From positions 19,906-83,905 of the forward strand of contig JBAZVI010000002.1 of the NCBI GenBank assembly GCA_041660925.1: a stretch of 64,000 nt of DNA, in the 5' to 3' direction. Each line of letters starts with the position of its first letter. Within the stretch, counting starts at the first letter, position 1. This document shows positions 1 to 8,819 of the stretch, piece by piece. The stretch comes from Elusimicrobiota bacterium. GTDB taxonomy: Bacteria > Elusimicrobiota > Elusimicrobia > UBA1565. The notes below the pieces were generated by a model that searched no databases, was not told where the DNA came from, and saw nothing but the letters and a program-made list of their open reading frames with translations. Made by a program: the position numbers and the translations under genes.

Positions 1-1602
1 GGGCGCGCCGTAGTCGAGCGCGTTGAGCAGGAGGCCGAAGCGCTCGCGCATCTCCTCCTTGCCGTAGCCCATGAGCGCGAAGATCCTCTCCTGGATGTCG
101 ACGCGGTGGTTGCGCACGGAGCCGGAGCCGAGCTCGACGCCGTTGACGACGAGGTCGTACTGGTAGGAGCGCACGCTCCCCGGGTCGCTCTCGAGCTTCT
201 GGATGTCCTCGTCGAGCGGCGCGGTGAAAGGGTTGTGGGTGAAGGTCCAGTTTCCGGTCTCGGCGTCCTTCTCGAGCAGCGGGAAGTGCCGCACCCAGAG
301 CAGCGCCCAGGGCCGCGCCGGCTTGAGGCCGAGCTTCGCGATGAGCTCCTTGCGCAGCGCTCCCAGGTGCGCGGAGACGTCGGCCGCGGGCCCGGCGCCG
401 AAAAGCAGGGCGTCCCCGGCCTTCGGAGCGAAGCGCTTCTTCAGGGCGTCGAGCTCCGAGGGCGTGAGGAACTTGGCGATGGGAGAGTCGGCCACGACCG
501 TCCCCCCCTCGTCCTTCCAGCGGATCCAGGCCAGGCCTTTGGCGCCCAGGGCTTTGACGAGGTCCGTGAGCTTGTCGAGGTCGGCGCGGTTGAGAGCCTT
601 CCCCTCGGGGCCGGCCGCCGCGGGCAGCGCGCGCACGACGCCGCCCGACTTCGCGGCTTCGGCGAAGACCTTGAAGGCGCTCGCGCGGAAGTCCTCGGTG
701 AGGTCGGCGATCTCGAGGTCGTAGCGCAGATCGGGCTTGTCGGAGCCGAAGCGGGCCATCGTCTCGGAGTAGTCGAGCGCCATGAACGGGGCGGCGATCT
801 CCACGCCGAGGGTCGCCTTGAAGATGTCGGCCATCATCCCCTCGACGAGGCGATGGACCTCGTCCTCGCCGATGAAGGACATCTCGACGTCGATCTGCGT
901 GTGCTCGGGCTGGCGGTCGGCGCGCAGGTCCTCGTCGCGGAAGGCGCGGGAGAACTGGAAGTAGCGCTCGACGCCGGAGACCATGAGGATCTGCTTGAAG
1001 ATCTGAGGGGACTGCGGAAGCGCGTAGAAGGTGCCGGGGTTGATGCGGCAGGGCACGAGGAAGTCGCGCGCCCCTTCCGGAGTGGACTTCGCGAGGATGG
1101 GAGTCTCCACCTCGATGAAGCCGCGTCCGTCGAGGAAGCGGCGCGCGGCGGCGGCGGCCTGGTGGCGCACGCGCAGGTTCCCGTACATGCGGGGGCGGCG
1201 CAGGTCGATGAAGCGGTACTTCAGGCGCGTGTCCTCGTTGGCGACGACGTCGTCCTGGACTTCGAACGGGAGGGTCTTGGAGACGTTGAGGACCGTGATC
1301 TCGTGGGCGTGGAGCTCGTAGAGCCCGGTCGGGATCTTCGGGTTCTCGCGGCCCGCGGGGCGCTTCTCGACGCGGCCGCGCACGCTGACGACGAACTCCG
1401 CGCCGAGCGCTCCGGCCGCCGCGAACGCCTCCTTCTGCGCGGGGTCGGCGACGACCTGGGCGACGCCGGTGCGGTCGCGCAGGTCGAAGAAATAGAGCCC
1501 GCCGTGGTCGCGCCGGGCGTTGACCCAGCCGGCCAGGTGGACCTCCTTGCCGACGCGGTCCGCGCCGATCTCTCCGCACCAAAGCGTCCTGTATTTTTGC
1601 AT
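1..1602 (-). CDS. aspS: aspartate--tRNA ligase (partial; C-terminal end lies beyond window start)
   Basis: Not in ORF track (no stop inside window). Reverse-complement from ATG at 1600-1602 reads MQKYRTLWCGEIGADRVGKEVHLAGWVNARRDHGGLYFFDLRDRTGVAQVV..., later FQFSRAFRDEDLRADRQPEHTQIDVEMSF, matching conserved AspS class II motifs; frame open to position 1. Confidence 0.8.
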   Translation of the reverse strand, partial: MQKYRTLWCGEIGADRVGKEVHLAGWVNARRDHGGLYFFDLRDRTGVAQVVADPAQKEAFAAAGALGAEFVVSVRGRVEKRPAGRENPKIPTGLYELHAHEITVLNVSKTLPFEVQDDVVANEDTRLKYRFIDLRRPRMYGNLRVRHQAAAAARRFLDGRGFIEVETPILAKSTPEGARDFLVPCRINPGTFYALPQSPQIFKQILMVSGVERYFQFSRAFRDEDLRADRQPEHTQIDVEMSFIGEDEVHRLVEGMMADIFKATLGVEIAAPFMALDYSETMARFGSDKPDLRYDLEIADLTEDFRASAFKVFAEAAKSGGVVRALPAAAGPEGKALNRADLDKLTDLVKALGAKGLAWIRWKDEGGTVVADSPIAKFLTPSELDALKKRFAPKAGDALLFGAGPAADVSAHLGALRKELIAKLGLKPARPWALLWVRHFPLLEKDAETGNWTFTHNPFTAPLDEDIQKLESDPGSVRSYQYDLVVNGVELGSGSVRNHRVDIQERIFALMGYGKEEMRERFGLLLNALDYGAP

Positions 1603-1610
1603 GGCGTCCC

Positions 1611-2903
1611 TCAGGCCGCGCGGGCGGCGGCGGCGACTTCGTCGAGCGCGACGCGGCGTTCCGCGCCGCCGGTCATGTCCTTGAGCGTGCACGCGCCGCT
1701 CTTGAGCTCCTCTTCGCCGAGGATGGCCACGAAGCGGGCGCCACAGCGGTTGGCCTCGCGCATCTGCGCCTTGAGGCTGGAGGCGAAGAGCCCCCCCGCC
1801 GCCCGCAGGCCGGCGCGGCGCACGGCCTCGAGCAGGCGCATCCCCGCGGCGTCGGCCTCGTCTCCGCGTCCCTGGAGCGCGACGAAGACGTCGGGCTTCT
1901 CGGCGGGCATGGCGCGGCGCAGCGCCGCCCCTTCGGGGTCGGCGGCCAGGGCCGCCATGAGCGTGCGCTCGACGCCGAGCGCCCAGCCGACGGCGGGCGT
2001 CGCCGGGCCGCCCATGGAGCCGACGAGCCCGTCGTAGCGGCCTCCGCCGGCGAGCGCGTCCTGAGCGCCGACGCCCGCGGCGGTGAACTCGAAGACGGTG
2101 CGGGTGTAGTAGTCGAGACCGCGCACGAGGTTCGCGTCCGGGTAGACGTGGGCGCAGCCCTCGGCGCTCAGCGCGCGAGAGACCGTCCCGACGTGGGCCG
2201 CGCAGGCGGCGCAGGGCTCCAGGCGGGGAGCGTCGGCGGCGAGGCGCGGACCGTCGGCCTTGCAGTCGAGAGCGCGCAGCGGGTTGCGTCCGACGCGGCG
2301 CCGGCAGCTCTCGCAGAGCTCCGCCTCGCGGGCCGAGAGGTACTCCTTCAGGCGGGCGCGGAAGCCCGGGCGGCAGGAGGGGTCCTCGTCGCAGCCGAGG
2401 TTGTTGAGACGGAGCTTCACGCGCCCCTCGAGCCCGGCCGCGTCGAAGACGGCCTTGAGCGCCAGGATGGACTCGACGTCGGCGGCGGGGTGGGGGTTGC
2501 CCAGGGTCTCGGCGCCGATCTGCTCGAACTCGCGGTAGCGTCCGGCCTGCGGGCGCTCGGCGCGGAACATCGAGCCGACATAGTAGAGCTTGCAGGCCGG
2601 TCCGCCCTGCGAGAGGGAGTGCTGCAGGAAGGCGCGCACCGCCCCCGGGGTCCCCTCGGGGCGCAGGGCCAGCCGGCGTCCGCCGGCGTCTTCGAAGGCG
2701 AACATCTCCTTCTCGACGATGTCGGTGGTCTCGCCGGTCGACTTCACGAAGAGCTCGTGGTTCTCGACGGTCGGCAGGCGGAGCTCGCGGAAACCGTAGC
2801 GCGCGAGCGCGGCGCGCGCGAGCGCCTCGAGGGCGGCCGTGCGCTCGGACTCGGGCGGCAGGAGGTCGCGGAAGCCGCGGACGCTCTGGATCTTCGAGGA
2901 CAT
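1611..2903 (-). CDS. hisS: histidine--tRNA ligase
   Basis: ORF track 430 aa; N-terminal GFRDLLPPES and overall class II HisS-like sequence; 4-nt gap to upstream crp-like stop. Confidence 0.9.
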   Translation of the reverse strand: MSSKIQSVRGFRDLLPPESERTAALEALARAALARYGFRELRLPTVENHELFVKSTGETTDIVEKEMFAFEDAGGRRLALRPEGTPGAVRAFLQHSLSQGGPACKLYYVGSMFRAERPQAGRYREFEQIGAETLGNPHPAADVESILALKAVFDAAGLEGRVKLRLNNLGCDEDPSCRPGFRARLKEYLSAREAELCESCRRRVGRNPLRALDCKADGPRLAADAPRLEPCAACAAHVGTVSRALSAEGCAHVYPDANLVRGLDYYTRTVFEFTAAGVGAQDALAGGGRYDGLVGSMGGPATPAVGWALGVERTLMAALAADPEGAALRRAMPAEKPDVFVALQGRGDEADAAGMRLLEAVRRAGLRAAGGLFASSLKAQMREANRCGARFVAILGEEELKSGACTLKDMTGGAERRVALDEVAAAARAA

Positions 2904-2907
2904 CGCG

Positions 2908-3603
2908 TCAGCCGGCGACGACGGAGTCGCGGATCATCCCCGCGAGCTTCTTAGGGTCGGGGATGAAGAAGCGGCCCTCGTGGGTGTCCACGATCTGGGC
3001 GCTGCGCAGCATCGCGAGCGCGCGGGAGAGCGGCTCGCGCGTCGTCCCGACGAGGTCGGCGAGCTCCTGGTGCGTATAGCGCTCCTGGAGCAGGACGCCG
3101 CGGCGCTGCGGGCGGCCGCAGTGGGCGGCGAGGTCGTGGAGCGTCTTTGAGACGCGGCCGAGGATGTTGCGGAAGAGCAGGCTCTCGATCTCGTCGTCGG
3201 CGTGGCGCAGCCGCTCCGCGACCGTGCGCAGGAGGGTGAGGGTCACGTTGGGGTCGGAGAGGAGGAAGCGCTCGAAGTCCCGGTTGCGGATGATGAGCAG
3301 GCGCGAGGGGATGACGGCCTGGGCGGAGGCGGAACGGGGCGCATGGAGCAGCAGGCCCATCTCGCCGAAGATGTCCCCCGCCGAGAGGTAGGCGAAGGTC
3401 TTGCGCTTGCGCGCCGGGGACTGGCAGTAGATCTTCACCCGTCCCGAGACGACGAAGAAGATGTGGTTGGCGGTCTCGGACTTCGAGAACACGAGCTGGC
3501 CGGCGGCGAAGTCGCGCGTCTTCGCGAGCTTGAGGATGCGCTGAAGCTGCGTCTTGGGCAGGGTGCGCAGGAGGGCGAAGCGATGGAGCTGGGAAAGGGT
3601 CAT
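2908..3603 (-). CDS. Crp/Fnr-family transcriptional regulator (cNMP-binding domain + C-terminal HTH)
   Basis: 231 aa; cNMP-binding-like FFVVSGRVKIY...GDIFGEMGLL followed by HTH-like QELADLVGTTREPLSRAL. Confidence 0.8.
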   Translation of the reverse strand: MTLSQLHRFALLRTLPKTQLQRILKLAKTRDFAAGQLVFSKSETANHIFFVVSGRVKIYCQSPARKRKTFAYLSAGDIFGEMGLLLHAPRSASAQAVIPSRLLIIRNRDFERFLLSDPNVTLTLLRTVAERLRHADDEIESLLFRNILGRVSKTLHDLAAHCGRPQRRGVLLQERYTHQELADLVGTTREPLSRALAMLRSAQIVDTHEGRFFIPDPKKLAGMIRDSVVAG

Positions 3604-3614
3604 GGGCGGAGTCT

Positions 3615-3659
3615 ACCGAAAAAGCCGACGTCCGGCAATCCCCGGACGGGGATTGCCGG
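3615..3659 (-). terminator. intrinsic terminator-like hairpin with U-run (read on minus strand), 12 nt upstream of crp-like start
   Basis: Perfect 12-bp stem ccggcaatcccc/ggggattgccgg (3632-3659) preceded on plus strand by gaaaaag, i.e. hairpin followed by UUUUUC on the minus-strand transcript. Confidence 0.55.
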
Positions 3660-3765
3660 AGGGCTTCGTTTTCGACGGGGTTAGGTGACGCTCGTCCGAA
3701 TCGATTCGCCTGGGAAATCCGGCGCAGCGGGATTCATCGGCTGGCGAGGGAATGCGCCGGATTTT

Positions 3766-5718
3766 TCAGGCGAGAGGAAGACGGAACCAGAAGCGGGTGC
3801 CGCGGCCGGGGCTGTCGAAGCCGATGCTCCCTCCGTGGGCTTCGACGATGCCCTTGACGATGTAGAGGCCGAGTCCGGCGCCCTGCAGGCGGCGGGTCGC
3901 CTCGTCGCCGGCGCGGAAGAAGCGCTGGAAGATGCGGCCGCGCGCGGCCTCCGGGATGCCGGGGCCCTCGTCGGCGACCGAGCACTCGAGCTCATCGTCC
4001 CTGCGGCGGCCGGCGATGAGCACGCGACCGCCTCTGGGCGAGTACTTGAGCGCGTTCCCGACGAGGTTGAGGAGGACGCGCTGGATCCCGTCGGCGTCGA
4101 CGGAGGCCTTCGGCAGGCCGCTCTCGAAGTCGAGCTCGACGCGGACCCCCGAGGGGTGCCCGGCGAAGGTCTCGGCGACGCGCGCGGCGAGCTCGGCGAG
4201 GTCGGCCGGCGCCCGCTCCAGCCGGGCGCCGCCGGACTCGAGGCGCGAGACGTCCAGGAAATCGGTGAGGAGGCGCGCGAGACGGGCCGACTCTCGGGCG
4301 ATGACCTCGAGCTGCTTCCCGCGCTCCTCCCGGGTCATCTTCTCTCCGTACTCGAGCAGGGTCTCGGAGAAGCCGCGGATGGAGGTCAGAGGACCGCGCA
4401 GCTCGTGGCTGACGACGTTGACGAGCTCGGTCTTGAGGCGCTCGAGCTCCTGGCGGCGGCGCAGGTCGCGCACGATCAGGAGCAGCGCGAACGGGCGGTC
4501 CTTCTCGTCGTCGATGCGCGTCATCGTGAGCTCGACGGGGACGAGCTCTCCGTCGGCCCGCAGGTAGAGGGTCTCGTGGTCGCGCAGGGTCCCGCGCTCG
4601 AGGGCCCTGGCCGCGGCCTTGCGGTGTTCCACGCGGCGGTCGGCGGGGACGAGCAGCTCCTCGAGCGGCTGTCGGAGCGTCCTCTCGGCCGCGTGCCCGA
4701 AGAACTCGGCGGCGGTACGGCTCCAGAGGGTGATCCGGCCTTCGAGGTCCATGAGGATGACGGGGTCGGCCGACTGGTCGAGCATCGCGGCGAGGGTGCG
4801 TTCGCGGCGCAGCTCGCCTTCGAGGACGAGGGCGTTGTAGAGGAGGCGTGCGACCTCCTCGAGGGCGTGGGAGGCCGCGTCGGTCCTGACGCCGGCGGAG
4901 CGCGGGAAGCCGACGACGACGATCCCGGCGAGATGGGAGTCAGCGCCGGCCGCCGCCGCGGGCATGGCGAAGAGGCCGATCTCCTCGCGCGTGAGGGCGG
5001 CGGGCTTGCGCTCGCGGCGGACCTGCTCGATGAGCGCGCGCTCCGCCCCAGCGGCCTCCTCGGTCCGGAAGCGCGCGTCGCCCATGCGGTGCAGGGCCTG
5101 GAGGGACGAACCCTCGATGCGGTGCACGCCGAAGTACTTGGCGCCCGTCAGGGCCAGGACGTTGTGCCCGACCGCGCCGAGGGAGGCCTCGAGCGACTCC
5201 TTCGCGAAGAGGCCGAGCGCGAAATGGTTGAGGAGGACGAGCTTCTGGTAGCGCTCGGCGAGAGCGTTCTCGGGCGCGCCGCCGCCGGCCGGGGCCGCGG
5301 CGGCCTCCAGGGCCCCTCCCGCGTGCAGGTGCAGCCGGTTCCCCCCCGCATCGACCGCTTCGCGCAGGGCCCGGGCGGCGCGCTCGCAGAGGTCGCGGGG
5401 GTCCCCGCCCGCGGCGAGGCCGAGGCTCACGGGGAAGCGGAACTCCTCTCGCAGGCGGCGCAGCAGCTCCGCGGCGCGCGCGCGCGCGTCCTCCGCGCGC
5501 AGGCTCAGCGCGAGGCCCCCCTCGAAAGGCCCGGCGAGCTCCCCCTCTGAGAGGAGCGCGTGGAGGGAGAGCTCGAGGCGGCCGAGGAGGCGGCGCGCGG
5601 TCGGCTCTCCGCGCGTTCGCCGGACCGTCTCGAGTTCGTCGACGGCGAGGGCGAGGACGGCGCCTCCGCGGCGCTCGGCCTCGGCGCGGAAGGCGGCTTC
5701 GTCGAGGGCGACGCTCAT
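3766..5718 (-). CDS. multidomain sensor histidine kinase (N-terminal sensor region, GAF-like, PAS-like, HisKA, HATPase_c)
   Basis: Longest ORF 3766..6150 has an Arg/Pro-rich junk N-terminus; trimmed to ATG at 5716-5718 (MSVALDE...), which overlaps capA stop as ATGA. C-terminus has H-box VSHELRGPLTSI and HATPase motifs LLNLVGNALKYS, DEGPGIP, GAGLGL. Confidence 0.8.
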   Translation of the reverse strand: MSVALDEAAFRAEAERRGGAVLALAVDELETVRRTRGEPTARRLLGRLELSLHALLSEGELAGPFEGGLALSLRAEDARARAAELLRRLREEFRFPVSLGLAAGGDPRDLCERAARALREAVDAGGNRLHLHAGGALEAAAAPAGGGAPENALAERYQKLVLLNHFALGLFAKESLEASLGAVGHNVLALTGAKYFGVHRIEGSSLQALHRMGDARFRTEEAAGAERALIEQVRRERKPAALTREEIGLFAMPAAAAGADSHLAGIVVVGFPRSAGVRTDAASHALEEVARLLYNALVLEGELRRERTLAAMLDQSADPVILMDLEGRITLWSRTAAEFFGHAAERTLRQPLEELLVPADRRVEHRKAAARALERGTLRDHETLYLRADGELVPVELTMTRIDDEKDRPFALLLIVRDLRRRQELERLKTELVNVVSHELRGPLTSIRGFSETLLEYGEKMTREERGKQLEVIARESARLARLLTDFLDVSRLESGGARLERAPADLAELAARVAETFAGHPSGVRVELDFESGLPKASVDADGIQRVLLNLVGNALKYSPRGGRVLIAGRRRDDELECSVADEGPGIPEAARGRIFQRFFRAGDEATRRLQGAGLGLYIVKGIVEAHGGSIGFDSPGRGTRFWFRLPLA

Positions 5719-6905
5719 CGCGGGTCCGCCAGGCGGAAGAGCTCGGGATGGGCGCTCAGGGTCCCGTCGCGGTCGAGCGCCGCGCGGACGATGTCCGCGG
5801 AGTCGGGGGCCGGGCGCAGGCGGCCGTCGGACCAGGTGTCGGTCGGCACGAACTCCACGCCGAGGACGCCGCGGCGTCCTATGCGGATGCGCGCGAGCGC
5901 GCTCCAGCGCGTGACCGGGGTCGGGGAGACGAAGAGACCGTTGCCGATGCTGTGGAGGATGGGGCGGCCTTTGTAGAGTTCGACCGCCTGAAGGACGTGC
6001 GGGTGGTGTCCGATCACGGCGTCCGCGCCGGCGTCGACCGCGAGGCGGCCGAAGGCGCGCTGGATCTCGTTGGGGTCTTCCGCCTTCTCCGTCCCTCCGT
6101 GGAAGGAGACGAGGAGGACGTCGCAGGAGGATTTCGCGAGCCGGATCCATTCGGGCACGCGCGCGTCGCCCGAATACGCGACGCCGGGGCGCTCGCGCCG
6201 GGCCCAGGCCTCTTCGGGGTGCGTGCTCGTGAAGGCGAGCAGGCCGACGCGCAGTCCGCCGCGCTCGAAGAAGACCGGGCGCACGGCCTCGCCGAGGTCG
6301 CGCCCGGCGCCCACCCGGCGGAAGCCGCCCTCGTCGAGGAGGCGCAGGGTGTCGAGGAAGGCCTCGGGCCCGTAGTCCATGACGTGATTGTTGGCCAGGT
6401 TGAGGACCGTGAATCCCGTCGCGCGCAGGATGGCGATGTTCTCGGGCGGGGCGCGGAAGGTGAAGGTCTTCCCCCGCGTCGGCGCTCCCCGCCGGGAGAC
6501 GGAGGTCTCGAGGTTCCCGAAGAGGACGTCGCCCTCGAGCCAGCGCCGGACGGCCGAGGCCGGGGCCGAGGGGCCGTTCTCCGCAAAGGCCCGGCCCTCC
6601 GGGCCATCGAGGCGGATGTCCCCCATCGCTACAAAAATCATCTCCGGCTCCGGCGTCGGAGCCGGAGATGGGGTGTTGGGAACGGTGACTGTCGGGGTGG
6701 AGATGACGGCGGGCGCCGAGGCGGAGGAGAGGTCGACGGAGGCTGTCGGCTCCGCGGCCTGCGCGGCGGGCGTCAGCCCAAGGAGGATAGAGGTCAGGAG
6801 GATGACACTACTGGAGGTACGCGGCGGTTCGAGCAACGACGCCGGAGGCCGAAAGCCGCGTTTGCAGGCGCAGCGGGGTTTCTGGATGGCTTCTAGAAGG
6901 ACCAT
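5715..6905 (-). CDS. CapA/PgsA-family metallophosphatase-like protein (poly-gamma-glutamate synthesis family), signal peptide
   Basis: Trimmed from ORF 5715..8063 to ATG at 6903-6905 (MVLLEAIQ...); hydrophobic N-terminus, Pro/Thr/Ser linker, then CapA-like core (VLNLANNHVMDYG, GHHPHVLQ). Confidence 0.75.
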   Translation of the reverse strand: MVLLEAIQKPRCACKRGFRPPASLLEPPRTSSSVILLTSILLGLTPAAQAAEPTASVDLSSASAPAVISTPTVTVPNTPSPAPTPEPEMIFVAMGDIRLDGPEGRAFAENGPSAPASAVRRWLEGDVLFGNLETSVSRRGAPTRGKTFTFRAPPENIAILRATGFTVLNLANNHVMDYGPEAFLDTLRLLDEGGFRRVGAGRDLGEAVRPVFFERGGLRVGLLAFTSTHPEEAWARRERPGVAYSGDARVPEWIRLAKSSCDVLLVSFHGGTEKAEDPNEIQRAFGRLAVDAGADAVIGHHPHVLQAVELYKGRPILHSIGNGLFVSPTPVTRWSALARIRIGRRGVLGVEFVPTDTWSDGRLRPAPDSADIVRAALDRDGTLSAHPELFRLADPR

Positions 6906-7657
6906 GTGCGCAGCTCGTCCATCATGGGAAGATAGGTGTGGTCGATGTTCAGCGGGGTCACGGAGACGAAGCCGTCGGCGACCGCGCGTACGTCGGTGCC
7001 CGGTTCCAGGACGCTGGAGACGTACGGGCCGGAGAGCCAGAAATAGCGCTTCCCGTTGGGGTCGCGCCGGACCTCGACCTTCTTCGAGTAGAGGCGGCGT
7101 CCGAGCCGCGCGGTCCGGAAACCCTTCAGCCGCGCCTTCGGCAGGGCGGGGACGTTCACGTTGAGGCAGACGCCCGGAGGCAGGCCGCGCGCGAGGATGC
7201 GGGCCGCGACCTTGCCTGCGGCTTCGGCCGCGGGGATGAAGTCGCGGGAGCGGCGCGAGCGGCCCCGGCTGACGGAGAGGGCGGGCGCGCCGAGGAGGAC
7301 CCCTTCGAGGGCGCCGGCGACCGTGCCCGAGTAGACGACGTCGGAGCCCAGGTTGTAGCCGTCGTTGATCCCGGAGACGACGAGGTCGGCCCGGCCCTTG
7401 AGGACCTCGAGGAGCCCCAGGCGCGCGCAGTCCGCCGGGGTCCCGTCGACGGCGTAGAGGCCGGCGCGCACCTCGCGCATGCGCAGCGGATGGCGCAGGG
7501 TGAGGCAGTGGCTCACCGCGGAGCGTTCCCCCTCCGGGACCACCGCGACGACCTCTCCCAATCCGGAGAGCACCGCGATGAGGGGAAGCAGGCCGGCGCC
7601 CGGGAGCCCGTCGTCGTTGACGACGAGGATCCGAGGCCGTCGGCAGGGACGCTTCAC
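6893..7657 (-). CDS. surE: 5'/3'-nucleotidase SurE
   Basis: 254 aa; RILVVNDDG motif near N-terminus; start is GTG at 7655-7657 overlapping murG stop (GTGA). Confidence 0.85.
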   Translation of the reverse strand: MKRPCRRPRILVVNDDGLPGAGLLPLIAVLSGLGEVVAVVPEGERSAVSHCLTLRHPLRMREVRAGLYAVDGTPADCARLGLLEVLKGRADLVVSGINDGYNLGSDVVYSGTVAGALEGVLLGAPALSVSRGRSRRSRDFIPAAEAAGKVAARILARGLPPGVCLNVNVPALPKARLKGFRTARLGRRLYSKKVEVRRDPNGKRYFWLSGPYVSSVLEPGTDVRAVADGFVSVTPLNIDHTYLPMMDELRTWSF

Positions 7658-8769
7658 GCGTTCCTCCGCGGGTGCGCGCGCACGACCTTTTCGACGAGGT
7701 CGGCGAGGGCCGAAGCGCTCTCCTTCGCGGAGGGCAGCCCGATGCGGGCGTAGGCGTCCGCCATCCGCGCGCGCAGGGCCGCGTCGGAGAAAAGCTCGCG
7801 CAGGCGGTCGGCGAGGGCCTCCGGCGGGAAGGGTTCCTTGAGCATCCGCGCGGCGCCTGCCGTCTCGAGCACGCGGGCGTTGCGCTCCTGGTGCCCGGCG
7901 GCGGCGCTGGGGTAGGGGACGAGGACCGCCGCGCGGCGCGCGGCCGCCAGTTCGGCCAGGGTGGCGGCGCCGGCTCGGCAGAGCACGACGTCGGCGGCCG
8001 CGTACGCGGCCGGCATATCCTCGAGATAGGGAAGGACGCGCGCTTCGGGGAGTCCGGCTTCACGATAGAGGCGCGACGTCTCTTCCGCCTCCGCGCGCCC
8101 GGCGAGGTGGAGGACTTGCGGACGGACGCCCTCGGCGCGCAGGCGCGCGAGCGCCGCGGGGGCGGCCCGGTTCACCGCGCGGGCTCCCTGGGAGCCGCCG
8201 AAGACCAGGAGGGTCGCCCGTTCGGGCTCGAGGGAGAGCCGGCGGCGGGCCTCGGTCGAGTCGGGGAGTTTCGAGAAGCCGGAGCGCACCGGCGTGCCGG
8301 TGAGCGTCGCTCCGGGCGCGGCGCCCGGGTCGCAGAGCGGGAGGCCGAGGGCGAGGGCGTCGGCGAAGGGGAGGATCGCGCGGACCGCCAGGCCGAGCAC
8401 GGCGTTGGATTCATGGAGCACGACCGGGATCCCGCACGAGCGCGCGGCGGCCCCGAGCGGGAAGGTCAGGTAGCCCCCCATCCCGACGGCCGCGGAGGGC
8501 CGCCAGGCGCGGATCAGCGCGCGCGCCGCCAGGACGCTGCGTCCCAGGCGCCAGGGGAACGCGAGGAGCTCGGTGGAGACCTTGCGGGGCAGGCCGCGCA
8601 GGTCGAGCTCCGCGTACGGGAGGTCGTCGGCCTCGAGGCGCGCGGCCGCGGGGTCGTCGCTGCGCAACACGAAGAGGACTTCGTGGCCGCGCTCGCGCAG
8701 ACGGCGTCCGAGCGCGTAGCCGGGGTAGAAATGGCCGCCGGTCCCCCCGCAGGCGATGACGATGCGCAT
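7654..8769 (-). CDS. murG: undecaprenyldiphospho-muramoylpentapeptide beta-N-acetylglucosaminyltransferase
   Basis: 371 aa; N-terminal MRIVIACGGTGGHFYPG signature of MurG. Confidence 0.9.
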   Translation of the reverse strand: MRIVIACGGTGGHFYPGYALGRRLRERGHEVLFVLRSDDPAAARLEADDLPYAELDLRGLPRKVSTELLAFPWRLGRSVLAARALIRAWRPSAAVGMGGYLTFPLGAAARSCGIPVVLHESNAVLGLAVRAILPFADALALGLPLCDPGAAPGATLTGTPVRSGFSKLPDSTEARRRLSLEPERATLLVFGGSQGARAVNRAAPAALARLRAEGVRPQVLHLAGRAEAEETSRLYREAGLPEARVLPYLEDMPAAYAAADVVLCRAGAATLAELAAARRAAVLVPYPSAAAGHQERNARVLETAGAARMLKEPFPPEALADRLRELFSDAALRARMADAYARIGLPSAKESASALADLVEKVVRAHPRRNA

Positions 8770-8819
8770 GGCCCAATCATGCCAGTTTTTGGCCGGGATT
8801 TCCCAGCGGGAAATCCCGC

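Noticed and set aside
106-2037. Long plus-strand ORF (643 aa) and similar long ORFs such as 3685..5550, 9036..10793, 9977..11452, 19440..20717, 25812..27317, 28018..29580, 37769..39958
   Set aside because: Low-complexity Arg/Gly/Ala/Pro-rich translations lying antisense to clearly recognisable genes (aspS/hisS, kinase, ftsW/murD, mnmE, yidC, nadE); typical stop-codon-poor antisense frames in high-GC DNA.
5718-8063. N-terminal extensions of the longest ORFs (for example 3766..6150, 5715..8063, 21162..23297, 21845..23881, 27158..28981, 42988..45036, 57433..59169, 59381..61168)
   Set aside because: The extensions are Arg/Pro-rich, run through the upstream gene in another frame and lack homology; internal ATG codons that restore canonical N-termini and ATGA stop-start coupling were chosen instead.
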